Both the position numbers and the translations under genes were made by a program. Below are positions 17,410 through 24,610 of a stretch of 31,513 bases of DNA, piece by piece. The notes beneath the pieces were generated by a model. The model was given only the letters and a program-made list of their open reading frames with translations. It was not told where the DNA came from and did not search any database. Every line of letters starts with the position of its first letter. The stretch's first letter is position 1. This stretch comes from a virus (lineage: Duplodnaviria > Caudoviricetes): the IMG/VR virus record IMGVR_UViG_3300012933_000163, positions 1 through 31,513 of that record; one strand, written 5' to 3'.

Positions 17410-17916
17410 TTACTCCTTAATGCCGTGATGATGCGTAAACAACTTTTGCTCTGCTTGCTTTCTTGCTTGAATAGCCAAGTTAATGTCATTGAAATGGCCC
17501 AAATGAATCCTCTTTTTGTTGTGGTAGATGTAGGCAACCCAACTTTTGTCTAATCTTGAAACCCCCCTATGCCCTGACGTGTTGTTCCTTGGTATTGGGA
17601 TGTTTTCGTTGTTTTGTTTTCTTGTTGCCAACCGAAGATTTGCCATTGAGTTGTTGCTCTTGATCTGGTCTTTGTGGTCAATCTCGCTTTGCAATGGGTC
17701 TTCTCCATAGACGTAAAACCATGCAAGCCTGTGAGCCTTGTATCTTTTTCCGTCAATTTTTATTTCAATGTAGCCTTTGTTATTTGGCGATCCCGCCTTG
17801 TTACCAACTAACGTCCTATTGCTTGTTGATTTTTTCCACTTGAAAATTCCAGTCTCAGGGCAGTAGCTCAAAAGCTCACGCACTCGTTCAATTGGCGGCA
17901 TTAAATTAAATTTCAT
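17410..17916 (-). CDS. HNH homing endonuclease with AP2-like domain
   Basis: ELLSYCPETGIF..AHRLAW..IDHKDQIKSNNSMANLR..NTSGHRGV..IHLGHF. Confidence 0.9.
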   Translation of the reverse strand: MKFNLMPPIERVRELLSYCPETGIFKWKKSTSNRTLVGNKAGSPNNKGYIEIKIDGKRYKAHRLAWFYVYGEDPLQSEIDHKDQIKSNNSMANLRLATRKQNNENIPIPRNNTSGHRGVSRLDKSWVAYIYHNKKRIHLGHFNDINLAIQARKQAEQKLFTHHHGIKE

Positions 17917-18341
17917 TTCTTGACCCCAATCTTATGGGCGGCTTCCGCTGCGCGGAATGCGTACTTAAACGCACCTTCGCTAATGCCCCACTGAGAAAAC
18001 TCTTGCTTAATTCGGATTACCTCAATCTGCTCATCCGTCAGCGGCTTGAGTTGTTGTGTGGTGTAGAGCGCCTCAATGCGTCTTGCCAGTTCTCTGCGGC
18101 TCCGTTTGCCACCACCTTCATCCCAATGAATGATGGTTTCATAGACTTTTTCCATCGCCACAGGCTCACCCTGCTCTTGCTTTTCTAATTCTGTCGAATT
18201 CGACGGGATTAGATTTTCTTGCTTGGCTAATGCTTCTTCTAGGGCTTTGATGGCTGGATTTGCAATAGCACCTGCATGGTCGCCAAGTAGCCATAATTTT
18301 TTCAACGCCTCAAGCGCCAGCTTCATTGCTTCTTTACTCAT
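17913..18341 (-). CDS. mosaic phage early hypothetical protein
   Basis: MKLALEAL..EPVA..LYT..KPLTDEQI..RAAEAAH module pattern; AAGGAG RBS. Confidence 0.6.
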   Translation of the reverse strand: MSKEAMKLALEALKKLWLLGDHAGAIANPAIKALEEALAKQENLIPSNSTELEKQEQGEPVAMEKVYETIIHWDEGGGKRSRRELARRIEALYTTQQLKPLTDEQIEVIRIKQEFSQWGISEGAFKYAFRAAEAAHKIGVKK

Positions 18342-18402
18342 TTGTTTTCTCCTTTAAAGATAGCCCCATTATTGAGGCTATTCTTTACTACTTGCTTACA
18401 AA

Positions 18403-18789
18403 TCAGAATGGGAAGTCATCATCAATATCGTCAAATTGTGGCGCTTGCTTTGCTTTTGGTTGCGGCGCTTCTTCTTGACGCTTGCCGCCTTGCAAAATAA
18501 CCTCAGTTACCCTCACCTCAAATGAAGTTTTTTCCTCGCCTGTCTTTTTGTCGTTGTACTTGTTTTGCGACAAAGTTCCGATAACCGTCATTGGCGTACC
18601 TTTTACAATATAGCTAGGCAGTTGCGAATCAGCTCGTTTGCCAAACAAAGTACAGCGAAGGAATACGGCTGGTTTGTCTTTGCCTTGATTGCTTGCTACT
18701 GACCATGTGGCCACAGCGTCACCATTAGGCGTGTGTCGTACTTCTGCCGACTGGCTTACGTTGCCAGCGATTGTGATTGCGATTGTCAT
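18403..18789 (-). CDS. ssb: single-stranded DNA-binding protein
   Basis: OB fold (IAGNV..EVRHTPNG..CTLFGKRA); acidic tail DDIDDDFPF. Confidence 0.92.
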   Translation of the reverse strand: MTIAITIAGNVSQSAEVRHTPNGDAVATWSVASNQGKDKPAVFLRCTLFGKRADSQLPSYIVKGTPMTVIGTLSQNKYNDKKTGEEKTSFEVRVTEVILQGGKRQEEAPQPKAKQAPQFDDIDDDFPF

Positions 18790-19022
18790 TTGTTCATTTC
18801 CTCGTATTTTTCAATTTCTGCGATTGCGCGGCGCAGATATACCGCATTGTCGAGCGTTTCTTCATAGGCATGAGTTAGCCACTCTTTCAATTTCAAAGGA
18901 TTATCAGCTACCGTAACCCCGTATTTCTTGATTCCAAGCTGTTGTCTTTTTGCAATGTCCTCACAAACAGTTTTTTCTATTCCTACAACCATTACCGTGT
19001 AATCTGTTTCTTTGTACATCAT
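18786..19022 (-). CDS. conserved phage hypothetical protein
   Basis: RQQLGIKKYGVT..EWLTHAYEETLDNAVYL motif; ATGA coupling. Confidence 0.65.
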   Translation of the reverse strand: MMYKETDYTVMVVGIEKTVCEDIAKRQQLGIKKYGVTVADNPLKLKEWLTHAYEETLDNAVYLRRAIAEIEKYEEMNK

Positions 19023-19444
19023 TGCAACACCACCCACTTAGTTAAACCTTGCAGCACATATCCCATCGCTTTAAGGCGCTCATCTCTGTCTTGGCTATCT
19101 GTCATCATCTCTGCGTCTTTGGGCGCTTCTACCCCCTCTAAAACGCATTTATAGATAGCTGCTGGTCTACCGCTTCGGCTATGCACCCATGAATGAATGT
19201 AAACACGCTTGTTTCTAAACATTGACTTACGAGCCACATCAGGGTTAATACCAATGGCACGAGCAACCTTGTACGAAGTTAAACCATCTGGTGATTTTTC
19301 AAGCAAGTTGCAGATCGAGCGTTGTAACCAGTATTTGTCAGATTTGTCCACGAGATCACCTGTCTCAAACAAAGCGGCTGTAATTTCCATAAAACTTAGG
19401 TCTAAGCCATCGCGGACTTTGTCTAGTGTTTGGTGTGCGTTCAT
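19019..19444 (-). CDS. putative winged-HTH protein
   Basis: PDGLTSYKVARAIG..VYIHSW..AAIY pattern. Confidence 0.5.
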   Translation of the reverse strand: MNAHQTLDKVRDGLDLSFMEITAALFETGDLVDKSDKYWLQRSICNLLEKSPDGLTSYKVARAIGINPDVARKSMFRNKRVYIHSWVHSRSGRPAAIYKCVLEGVEAPKDAEMMTDSQDRDERLKAMGYVLQGLTKWVVLQ

Positions 19445-19707
19445 TGTTTGGCCTTTTCTAGTGCTTCTTTGACAATATCAAGCCAGTGATAAGTTGACAT
19501 CATTTCTCCATTAATCTCGGCTTCATCTATATTCCAATCTGAAGCGATATTTATGAATTGCTCACCTATTTTCAAAGCCTCTACCAACTCAGCATTGATA
19601 GCGTGTAAGCGGCGAAGCTCTGCGGCTGCTTCATACATACTTGCGCTTGGGTATGACAAATTGAAATCTTCTTCAAGTTCTTTTGCCAATCGTTCTGCTT
19701 CTGTCAT
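19441..19707 (-). CDS. hypothetical protein, paralog of 23072-23311
   Basis: MTEAERLA..AELRRL.AINAELVEA..AL.KAKQ shared blocks. Confidence 0.65.
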   Translation of the reverse strand: MTEAERLAKELEEDFNLSYPSASMYEAAAELRRLHAINAELVEALKIGEQFINIASDWNIDEAEINGEMMSTYHWLDIVKEALEKAKQ

Positions 19708-19799
19708 TTCATTCCCCTTGTTGAGCCTCTATCTTAAAAGCTGTTTCTTTCTTGAATCTTACTTTTACTTAAAAAGATTGTGATTTAGCCTCTTTTTTA

Positions 19800-20331
19800 C
19801 TTTCATTTTCTTTTTCTCCATAGGTCGAGCCACCACCAGATGACCCTTCTTTCTCAGTAGAGTGTCTGATAGTTCTCCATTGTTCAATCTATGACCAAAC
19901 AACCAAGTGGGGTTCAAGAAACAAAAATACGTTCTTTTCAGCCCTATGCTCTTTCCATCCGAGTGGTGCTTTATCGGTACACCTTGCATCCTCATGCTTA
20001 CCGCTTACGTCCTACGTGCTTGACTCGGTTTCCTTGCCACCTCGCATAACTTGTGGCATCCCTGCGGCTCGATTAATACAGGGCCAATTACGATTTGTTG
20101 GTACGGTGTTTTCTGACTTAACAGCCCATGTTCAGGCCCAGTTACGTTACGCGAGTCAATCGGGTGTAACGGCTGAAAAGCAAAAAACCCATTGGAGAAC
20201 GAGCTTTAGGCTTGGTTGCCGCATAGAAAAAGGGAACACACCCCTTAACCTAGCTTTGACGAAGCCCGCTCACCAATGGGTTCACGGTTTTCACTGTGTG
20301 TTAGCTACTGAGAGTTACCAATTCTCAGGTG
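19800..20331 (-). ncRNA. candidate large structured non-coding RNA (3' end uncertain)
   Basis: follows promoter 20338-20365; no credible ORF; nested inverted repeats 20186-20195/20273-20282, 19934-19943/20171-20180, 20020-20027/20152-20159, 20035-20040/20053-20058. Confidence 0.5.
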
Positions 20332-20337
20332 CAATGG

Positions 20338-20365
20338 ATTATACATATAAAAAACAATCGTGCAA
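20338..20365 (-). promoter_or_regulatory. sigma70-type promoter
   Basis: TTGCAC-N16-TATAAT on minus strand, directly after methylase terminator. Confidence 0.6.
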
Positions 20366-20366
20366 C

Positions 20367-20394
20367 AAAAAACCCAACTTTTTTACGGTTGGGC
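20367..20394 (-). terminator. rho-independent terminator after methyltransferase
   Basis: GCCCAAC-loop-GTTGGGT-TTTTT on minus strand. Confidence 0.6.
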
Positions 20395-20400
20395 TGTTGT

Positions 20401-21078
20401 TTAATTACTTAAAATTTTCCATGCTGCTGCTGCCACAATTGGTAATTGACCATTTCCAATGGCTTTAAGTCTGTCCATCCTATTGGCCATCCCATCATCC
20501 ATTCGTAATGATTCGGGGTAATCTTTCCAAACACTTTCACCCAATTTCTGCATCCAGCGTGTTTTTGCATTGAAGGAGCGCAAAAGTTCGCCATCGTTGT
20601 CGGTGTATGCAAATAGCCAACATCTTGACCGAATGTGGTCTGCACCCATGTCTTTCGCTGAAAGTTCAAGTGCTTTGGTTTTATAACCCATCGATTCAAG
20701 GTCGTCTGCGGCTTGGTCAATTGCAACTCTGCTGACGTTTTCGGCAAATACGTACCTGGGAGCGACATCTGCCACGATTCTTTGCATTTCAGGCCAAAGA
20801 TCATCGGCATTGTTTTTTCCTGCTGCGGCTTTGCTGTAAGCCTGACAAGGAAATCCTCCAGACACGACATCAATTCTCCCGCGCCACGCTCTCCCGTCAA
20901 ATGTACGAACGTCATCCCAAATTGGAAAATTGGATTTAAAGAGTCCATCATTCTGTCGCTGGACAAGTACGCATCTGCAATACCAGTCCAATTCAACTGC
21001 ACATACTGTTTTGAATCCAATAAGTTCTGATGCCAGCAATCCTCCACCAGCGCCTGCGAAAAGAGCCAACTCATTCAT
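20401..21078 (-). CDS. C5 cytosine DNA methyltransferase, alpha-type polypeptide (motifs I-VIII and X)
   Basis: LFAGAGG (I), GGFPCQ (IV), ENV (VI), HIRSRCW (VIII), RLKAIGNGQ (X); no TRD or motif IX; start MNEL at 21078 with GAGGGG RBS. Confidence 0.88.
   Translation of the reverse strand: MNELALFAGAGGGLLASELIGFKTVCAVELDWYCRCVLVQRQNDGLFKSNFPIWDDVRTFDGRAWRGRIDVVSGGFPCQAYSKAAAGKNNADDLWPEMQRIVADVAPRYVFAENVSRVAIDQAADDLESMGYKTKALELSAKDMGADHIRSRCWLFAYTDNDGELLRSFNAKTRWMQKLGESVWKDYPESLRMDDGMANRMDRLKAIGNGQLPIVAAAAWKILSN
20409..21074 (-). CDS. overlapping-frame beta-type methyltransferase polypeptide (TRD + motif IX)
   Basis: 221-codon +1 frame inside the methylase gene; C-terminal YLHTPT..KITPNHYEWMMGWPIGWT resembles motif IX. 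Confidence 0.65.
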   Translation of the reverse strand: MSWLFSQALVEDCWHQNLLDSKQYVQLNWTGIADAYLSSDRMMDSLNPIFQFGMTFVHLTGERGAGELMSCLEDFLVRLTAKPQQEKTMPMIFGLKCKESWQMSLPGTYLPKTSAELQLTKPQTTLNRWVIKPKHLNFQRKTWVQTTFGQDVGYLHTPTTMANFCAPSMQKHAGCRNWVKVFGKITPNHYEWMMGWPIGWTDLKPLEMVNYQLWQQQHGKF

Positions 21079-21373
21079 TTTCCCCTCGTCTTTCAATAAA
21101 AAAGCCAAATTTTGTAACAGGCAACTGCTCGTTAAAAACAACTTCAAAACCTGCTATTTTTTTGGTTCTGTTTCTAATTGAATCAGCACAATTGCTTGCT
21201 CCAGCATCTTTTTTGCCGTTACTACCTCCAAAACTTGCTTCTTCATCACATAATTTTGCACATTCTTCTCGCTCATGTTCTGAAACAAGTTTTGCAAACT
21301 TAGCCAATTGCATACCCCACACGCTTGAAATTTGACATTCATCTGCAAATTCCATTATTTTTTCTTTATTCAT
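21071..21373 (-). CDS. phage hypothetical protein
   Basis: FAKLVSEHEREECAKLCD..CADSIRNR motif; ATGA coupling. Confidence 0.65.
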   Translation of the reverse strand: MNKEKIMEFADECQISSVWGMQLAKFAKLVSEHEREECAKLCDEEASFGGSNGKKDAGASNCADSIRNRTKKIAGFEVVFNEQLPVTKFGFFIERRGENE

Positions 21374-21738
21374 ACCAACACCCCTTTTTTCAATCGTTCA
21401 AGCATCTCACGCACGTTTTTCGGTATAGGAGCCGCTTTCTTTGCATCTTCATCCATCTTCTTTAACGCAGGGTCTACAAAAGAAACATTGACGTTGATTG
21501 TCATTTCAGGGATTTCCGCTCCATCCCATCGTAACTGGTTAATGTAAACAAGAGGCGCAGGAATAAAAGCACCATTGTCTTTTTTCCAATCGTTTGTTGT
21601 AGTCATCCAAGCCGTATGAGCGATTATTTGCTCTGCTTGGGTGTCTAGCTTCATCTTGTCCCATTTGGCCTTTACTAGCGATTTAGCGCCCTTGCGTGGG
21701 CTTTTAGGCCATGTCTGCCACCATGTATCAAAGTTCAT
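21370..21738 (-). CDS. protein resembling the C-terminal domain of phage replication initiators/replisome organisers
   Basis: FDTWWQTWPKSPRKGAK..KW.K..W.KDNGAFIPAPLVYINQLRWD. Confidence 0.6.
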   Translation of the reverse strand: MNFDTWWQTWPKSPRKGAKSLVKAKWDKMKLDTQAEQIIAHTAWMTTTNDWKKDNGAFIPAPLVYINQLRWDGAEIPEMTINVNVSFVDPALKKMDEDAKKAAPIPKNVREMLERLKKGVLV

Positions 21739-21842
21739 TTTGTTACCTTCATTTCCATTACTTTTTCATGCAATACGTCATACACGTCTGGTTCTCCATA
21801 AAAAAGAAAAAACAAAAGCACTATGCCTAAAATTTCTTTCAT
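21735..21842 (-). CDS. 35-aa membrane peptide
   Basis: MKEILGIVLLFFLFYGEPDVYDVLHEKVMEMKVTK; AAGGAG RBS; ATGA coupling. Confidence 0.55.
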   Translation of the reverse strand: MKEILGIVLLFFLFYGEPDVYDVLHEKVMEMKVTK

Positions 21843-21865
21843 ACGTTCTCCTTAAAAATTTCAGT

Positions 21866-22210
21866 TTAGTTATCCAAGCTGACTAAACCCTTACTGGCAA
21901 GAATAGCGCGGCTTTTTTCCATTGCCAGCGTAAAGGCTTCTTCTACATCATCAAGTGATAGGTGGTCAGGGCGCTTTTCTTGCCGATCATAAATCGCGTG
22001 ACAACTTCTGCACCCATAAGCGCCGCGATCATCATCAGCTTTGCGCCCCATGCCTTTTCCGTCTGAAGCTCGATTTGAATGACACCAAACAACAGTAGCA
22101 GTGTCGTAATTGCACACGCCTTCTAGGTTGATGGTGCAATCTTCGCCTCTGGCAGATTGACGGATTTTTGTAGTCTTGGGGCGGCTACGTTTCATAGGTG
22201 AGCGCTTCAT
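21866..22210 (-). CDS. DUF1364-family nuclease-like protein
   Basis: SARGEDCTINLEGVCNYD..TVVWCH..GMGRK..GAYGCRSCHAIYD. Confidence 0.8.
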   Translation of the reverse strand: MKRSPMKRSRPKTTKIRQSARGEDCTINLEGVCNYDTATVVWCHSNRASDGKGMGRKADDDRGAYGCRSCHAIYDRQEKRPDHLSLDDVEEAFTLAMEKSRAILASKGLVSLDN

Positions 22211-22425
22211 TTGCTTCTGGCTAAAATTTTTTCAGCAATTCTTTGTTGCGGGTCTTTTGCGTCATAATCCCAAACACGCGGCTCATTTAATGCAATAAAT
22301 GCACATTTTTCACGCTCATTACGAGCCACCAAAAGCGCATATTCGCGCATTTGTGTAGCTGTATATCCAGTTGTGCGATATTTCCATTGAGTTTCTGGTG
22401 GAAGATTTGGCAATTCAGATTTCAT
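22207..22425 (-). CDS. hypothetical protein, first gene of leftward early arm
   Basis: LPNLP..YTATQMREYA..EREKCA motif; AGGAG RBS. Confidence 0.65.
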   Translation of the reverse strand: MKSELPNLPPETQWKYRTTGYTATQMREYALLVARNEREKCAFIALNEPRVWDYDAKDPQQRIAEKILARSK

Positions 22426-22562
22426 ATCTACTCCTAAAAACTTTAGCGTAGCACGAAAACAGGCTAAAAATTTAAGTGGCGCAAACTATCTTTTTTAGTG
22501 CAAGTAAGTATTTTGTAAGGAAGTGGCTTTAAAGTACACATATCAACAAACAAGGAAATGAC
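22426..22562. promoter_or_regulatory. divergent early promoter region
   Basis: strand switch point; minus-strand TGcTACGCT extended -10 (22453-22445); plus-strand TTGTAAG-N10-TAAAGT then leader repeated at 25056-25086. Confidence 0.55.
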
Positions 22563-22823
22563 ATGACACCTTTAGATTTTGAATTCAGCTTTGAATACGA
22601 CAACTACCCAATGAGCTTTGATGAAGTCATTGCAGGTCGTGCGCTTATCTTGGCTTTTGACTACACACCACGCGATGAAGATGACATGGTTAGCGAAGGT
22701 ATCCACATGGCTGTATTTGCAAAGGATGGTGAGGAAATTGAAGAGATTTCTCACTTGGTAGATAAAAAAGAAGAACGCGACTTTGTAGATGCGTGTTTTA
22801 AATATCTTGAGGAGACAGCATGA
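22563..22823 (+). CDS. acidic hypothetical protein
   Basis: 86 aa, very D/E-rich; AAGGA RBS; first gene of rightward arm. Confidence 0.65.
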   Translation: MTPLDFEFSFEYDNYPMSFDEVIAGRALILAFDYTPRDEDDMVSEGIHMAVFAKDGEEIEEISHLVDKKEERDFVDACFKYLEETA

Positions 22824-22969
22824 AACCCACACAATGCCCACAATGCGGCTCAGAGGAATATACAGCTTACTCTGTGCAACCAGGTCATGGCGACCCTTCG
22901 CAAACGTACTGTGTCTGCGATTCTTGCGAACATGAATTTGATGGACTTACACCAGAGGAAGCGCAATGA
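22820..22969 (+). CDS. 49-aa zinc-ribbon protein
   Basis: MKPTQCPQCGSEEYTAYSVQPGHGDPSQTYCVCDSCEHEFDGLTPEEAQ; GAGGAG RBS; ATGA coupling both ends. Confidence 0.65.
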   Translation: MKPTQCPQCGSEEYTAYSVQPGHGDPSQTYCVCDSCEHEFDGLTPEEAQ

Positions 22970-23079
22970 AAGAGATTCTGTTAAACGCCTTGGCTTTTGC
23001 TTGGCTTCACCATGAAATTGCAACAGTTGAGGAATACATGGATTGTGTTCGTCAAGTAAAGGAGAGATTCAATGACTGA
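22966..23079 (+). CDS. 37-aa hypothetical protein
   Basis: MKEILLNALAFAWLHHEIATVEEYMDCVRQVKERFND; GAGG RBS; coupled. Confidence 0.5.
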   Translation: MKEILLNALAFAWLHHEIATVEEYMDCVRQVKERFND

Positions 23080-23311
23080 AGCAGAACGATTGGCAAACCA
23101 ATTAGAAATAGCAGTAAATCAAGAATCCCCCGAAGATGATGTAATCATGGTTACTCGGTGGTTTATTGAGGATTCATTTGCAGAACTTCGCAGATTAGAT
23201 GCTATCAATGCTGAGTTAGTAGAGGCTTGTGAAGCAGCTGTTCTTAACGAAGGTGGTTATTACGCTTGGAAAAATCAAATAAGCCAAGCACTAAAAAAGG
23301 CAAAACAATGA
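23072..23311 (+). CDS. hypothetical protein, paralog of 19441-19707
   Basis: shared N-terminal, central and C-terminal blocks; AAGGAG RBS. Confidence 0.65.
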   Translation: MTEAERLANQLEIAVNQESPEDDVIMVTRWFIEDSFAELRRLDAINAELVEACEAAVLNEGGYYAWKNQISQALKKAKQ

Positions 23312-23538
23312 CTGATAAACAAGAACAAACATATTTTCCAGCGTTTCCACAAGATGCAAGAGATCAAAATGGAGAAGGATTTATTTATCTTGGTATGACG
23401 TTGCGTGATTACTTTGCGGCTAAAGCACTTAGCGCATTAATTATTGCAAATGGCCCAACACCAATAGGCGGGTGGACAACTTATGCAGAACGAACTGCAT
23501 ACGCAATTGCAGATGCAATGATGGAGGCACGTAAATGA
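23308..23538 (+). CDS. conserved phage hypothetical protein
   Basis: PAFP..GMTLRDYFAAKAL..AYAIADAMMEAR family signature; start MTDK at 23308. Confidence 0.75.
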   Translation: MTDKQEQTYFPAFPQDARDQNGEGFIYLGMTLRDYFAAKALSALIIANGPTPIGGWTTYAERTAYAIADAMMEARK

Positions 23539-23675
23539 CTGATTTTGAAGGACTGACATTTCCAACAGAGCAAATGGCTTACGAAGCTGGATATGCTCAT
23601 TTTGGATTGATTGAACTTGAAACTAGCCAAAACTCAGATGGCTCTTGGTACGTTTACCCAAAGGATGAAGAATGA
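23535..23675 (+). CDS. 46-aa acidic hypothetical protein
   Basis: MTDFEGLTFPTEQMAYEAGYAHFGLIELETSQNSDGSWYVYPKDEE; GGAGG RBS; ATGA coupling. Confidence 0.55.
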   Translation: MTDFEGLTFPTEQMAYEAGYAHFGLIELETSQNSDGSWYVYPKDEE

Positions 23676-23758
23676 TTAAATTTAAAGATGCTATTGCTGC
23701 TGTTGTAATCGGAGCAGTATTTGCCTTTATCTTGGCTAATGGCTGGATTCTTCGATGA
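23672..23758 (+). CDS. 28-aa membrane peptide
   Basis: MIKFKDAIAAVVIGAVFAFILANGWILR; ATGA coupling both ends. Confidence 0.5.
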   Translation: MIKFKDAIAAVVIGAVFAFILANGWILR

Positions 23759-24078
23759 TTAGCAAAACAGAACAGCTTGCAATCGACCAAGGGCGCAAGT
23801 TTGGAAACATTCAGCAATTCCAAAAAATGCTGCGCCGATTGTTGCCAGAGAATCTAAAGATAAGATTTGCAGATTTGGAGCCAAAAGGTACGCCAGAGGC
23901 AGAATTGGTAATTGCAATTCTTGTTCAGGCGTGGGCAGATGGTGATAAAGATTTCTTTTTAAATCCGTCTAGCTTTATGGGAGCATATTGCAAAATAATT
24001 GACATTGACCCTAATCCAATTCGCAAAGATTTTGAGCTTCACAATAAACCGTACTTTTTTGCAACACATAAGGGGTAA
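23755..24078 (+). CDS. hypothetical protein
   Basis: 107 aa; PEAELVIAILVQAWAD..FF..YCKIIDIDP; coupled start. Confidence 0.6.
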   Translation: MISKTEQLAIDQGRKFGNIQQFQKMLRRLLPENLKIRFADLEPKGTPEAELVIAILVQAWADGDKDFFLNPSSFMGAYCKIIDIDPNPIRKDFELHNKPYFFATHKG

Positions 24079-24080
24079 AC

Positions 24081-24335
24081 ATGAAACTTTTTTTAGTATC
24101 ACGAACAGATGAGCATGATTACGATGAATTTGATTCATTTGTAATTGCTTGCGAAACAGAAGATGAAGCAAAAACAGCAGACCCTTTTAATGGAGAACCA
24201 TTTAATTGGGGCGGTCATTGGTCTATAACAGATCACTGGTGCGATTCTATTGACAAAGTAATGGTGCAATATCTTGGTGAAGCTGATAACAGCGTAAAAC
24301 AAGGCATTGTGTGTTCTTCTTTTAATGCGGCGTAA
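24081..24335 (+). CDS. conserved phage hypothetical protein
   Basis: YDEFDSFVIACETEDEA..YLGEA..GIVCSSFNA motif. Confidence 0.7.
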   Translation: MKLFLVSRTDEHDYDEFDSFVIACETEDEAKTADPFNGEPFNWGGHWSITDHWCDSIDKVMVQYLGEADNSVKQGIVCSSFNAA

Positions 24336-24337
24336 AT

Positions 24338-24610
24338 ATGAACAAAAATTCACTTGATGCTTATCGTTCTATTGGAGCGCATTTAGATTCGCATTACTTT
24401 GATATTTATGAGACTTTGTTAGCAGAAGGCCCATTAACAGCATGGGGAATTGCTAATACAAGTTTTGCTTGGCTAGATTCCGCGCAAGTCTTTAGACGTA
24501 TGGCAGAGCTAGAACGGGCTGGATGGGTAGAACGGATGGATTGGACACAACCTAGCCCTAGTGGTTGTCAGTGTTCAGTATGGTGGATTAACACAAAGGA
24601 AACAAAATGA
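24338..24610 (+). CDS. winged-HTH DNA-binding protein
   Basis: GPLTAWGIA..QVFRRMAELERAGWV..SPSG...VW. Confidence 0.6.
   Translation: MNKNSLDAYRSIGAHLDSHYFDIYETLLAEGPLTAWGIANTSFAWLDSAQVFRRMAELERAGWVERMDWTQPSPSGCQCSVWWINTKETK

Noticed and set aside
19765-19995. 76-aa minus-strand ORF in the candidate ncRNA region
   Set aside because: Weak RBS, no coupling to neighbours, and the Lys-rich tail reflects an A-rich tract; not fully excluded.
20016-20468. 150-aa plus-strand ORF
   Set aside because: Runs against the operon across a promoter and terminator; no RBS or motif.
21079-21147. N-terminal extension of the methylase given in the ORF track
   Set aside because: Overlaps the upstream gene; motif I and the RBS place the start at 21078.
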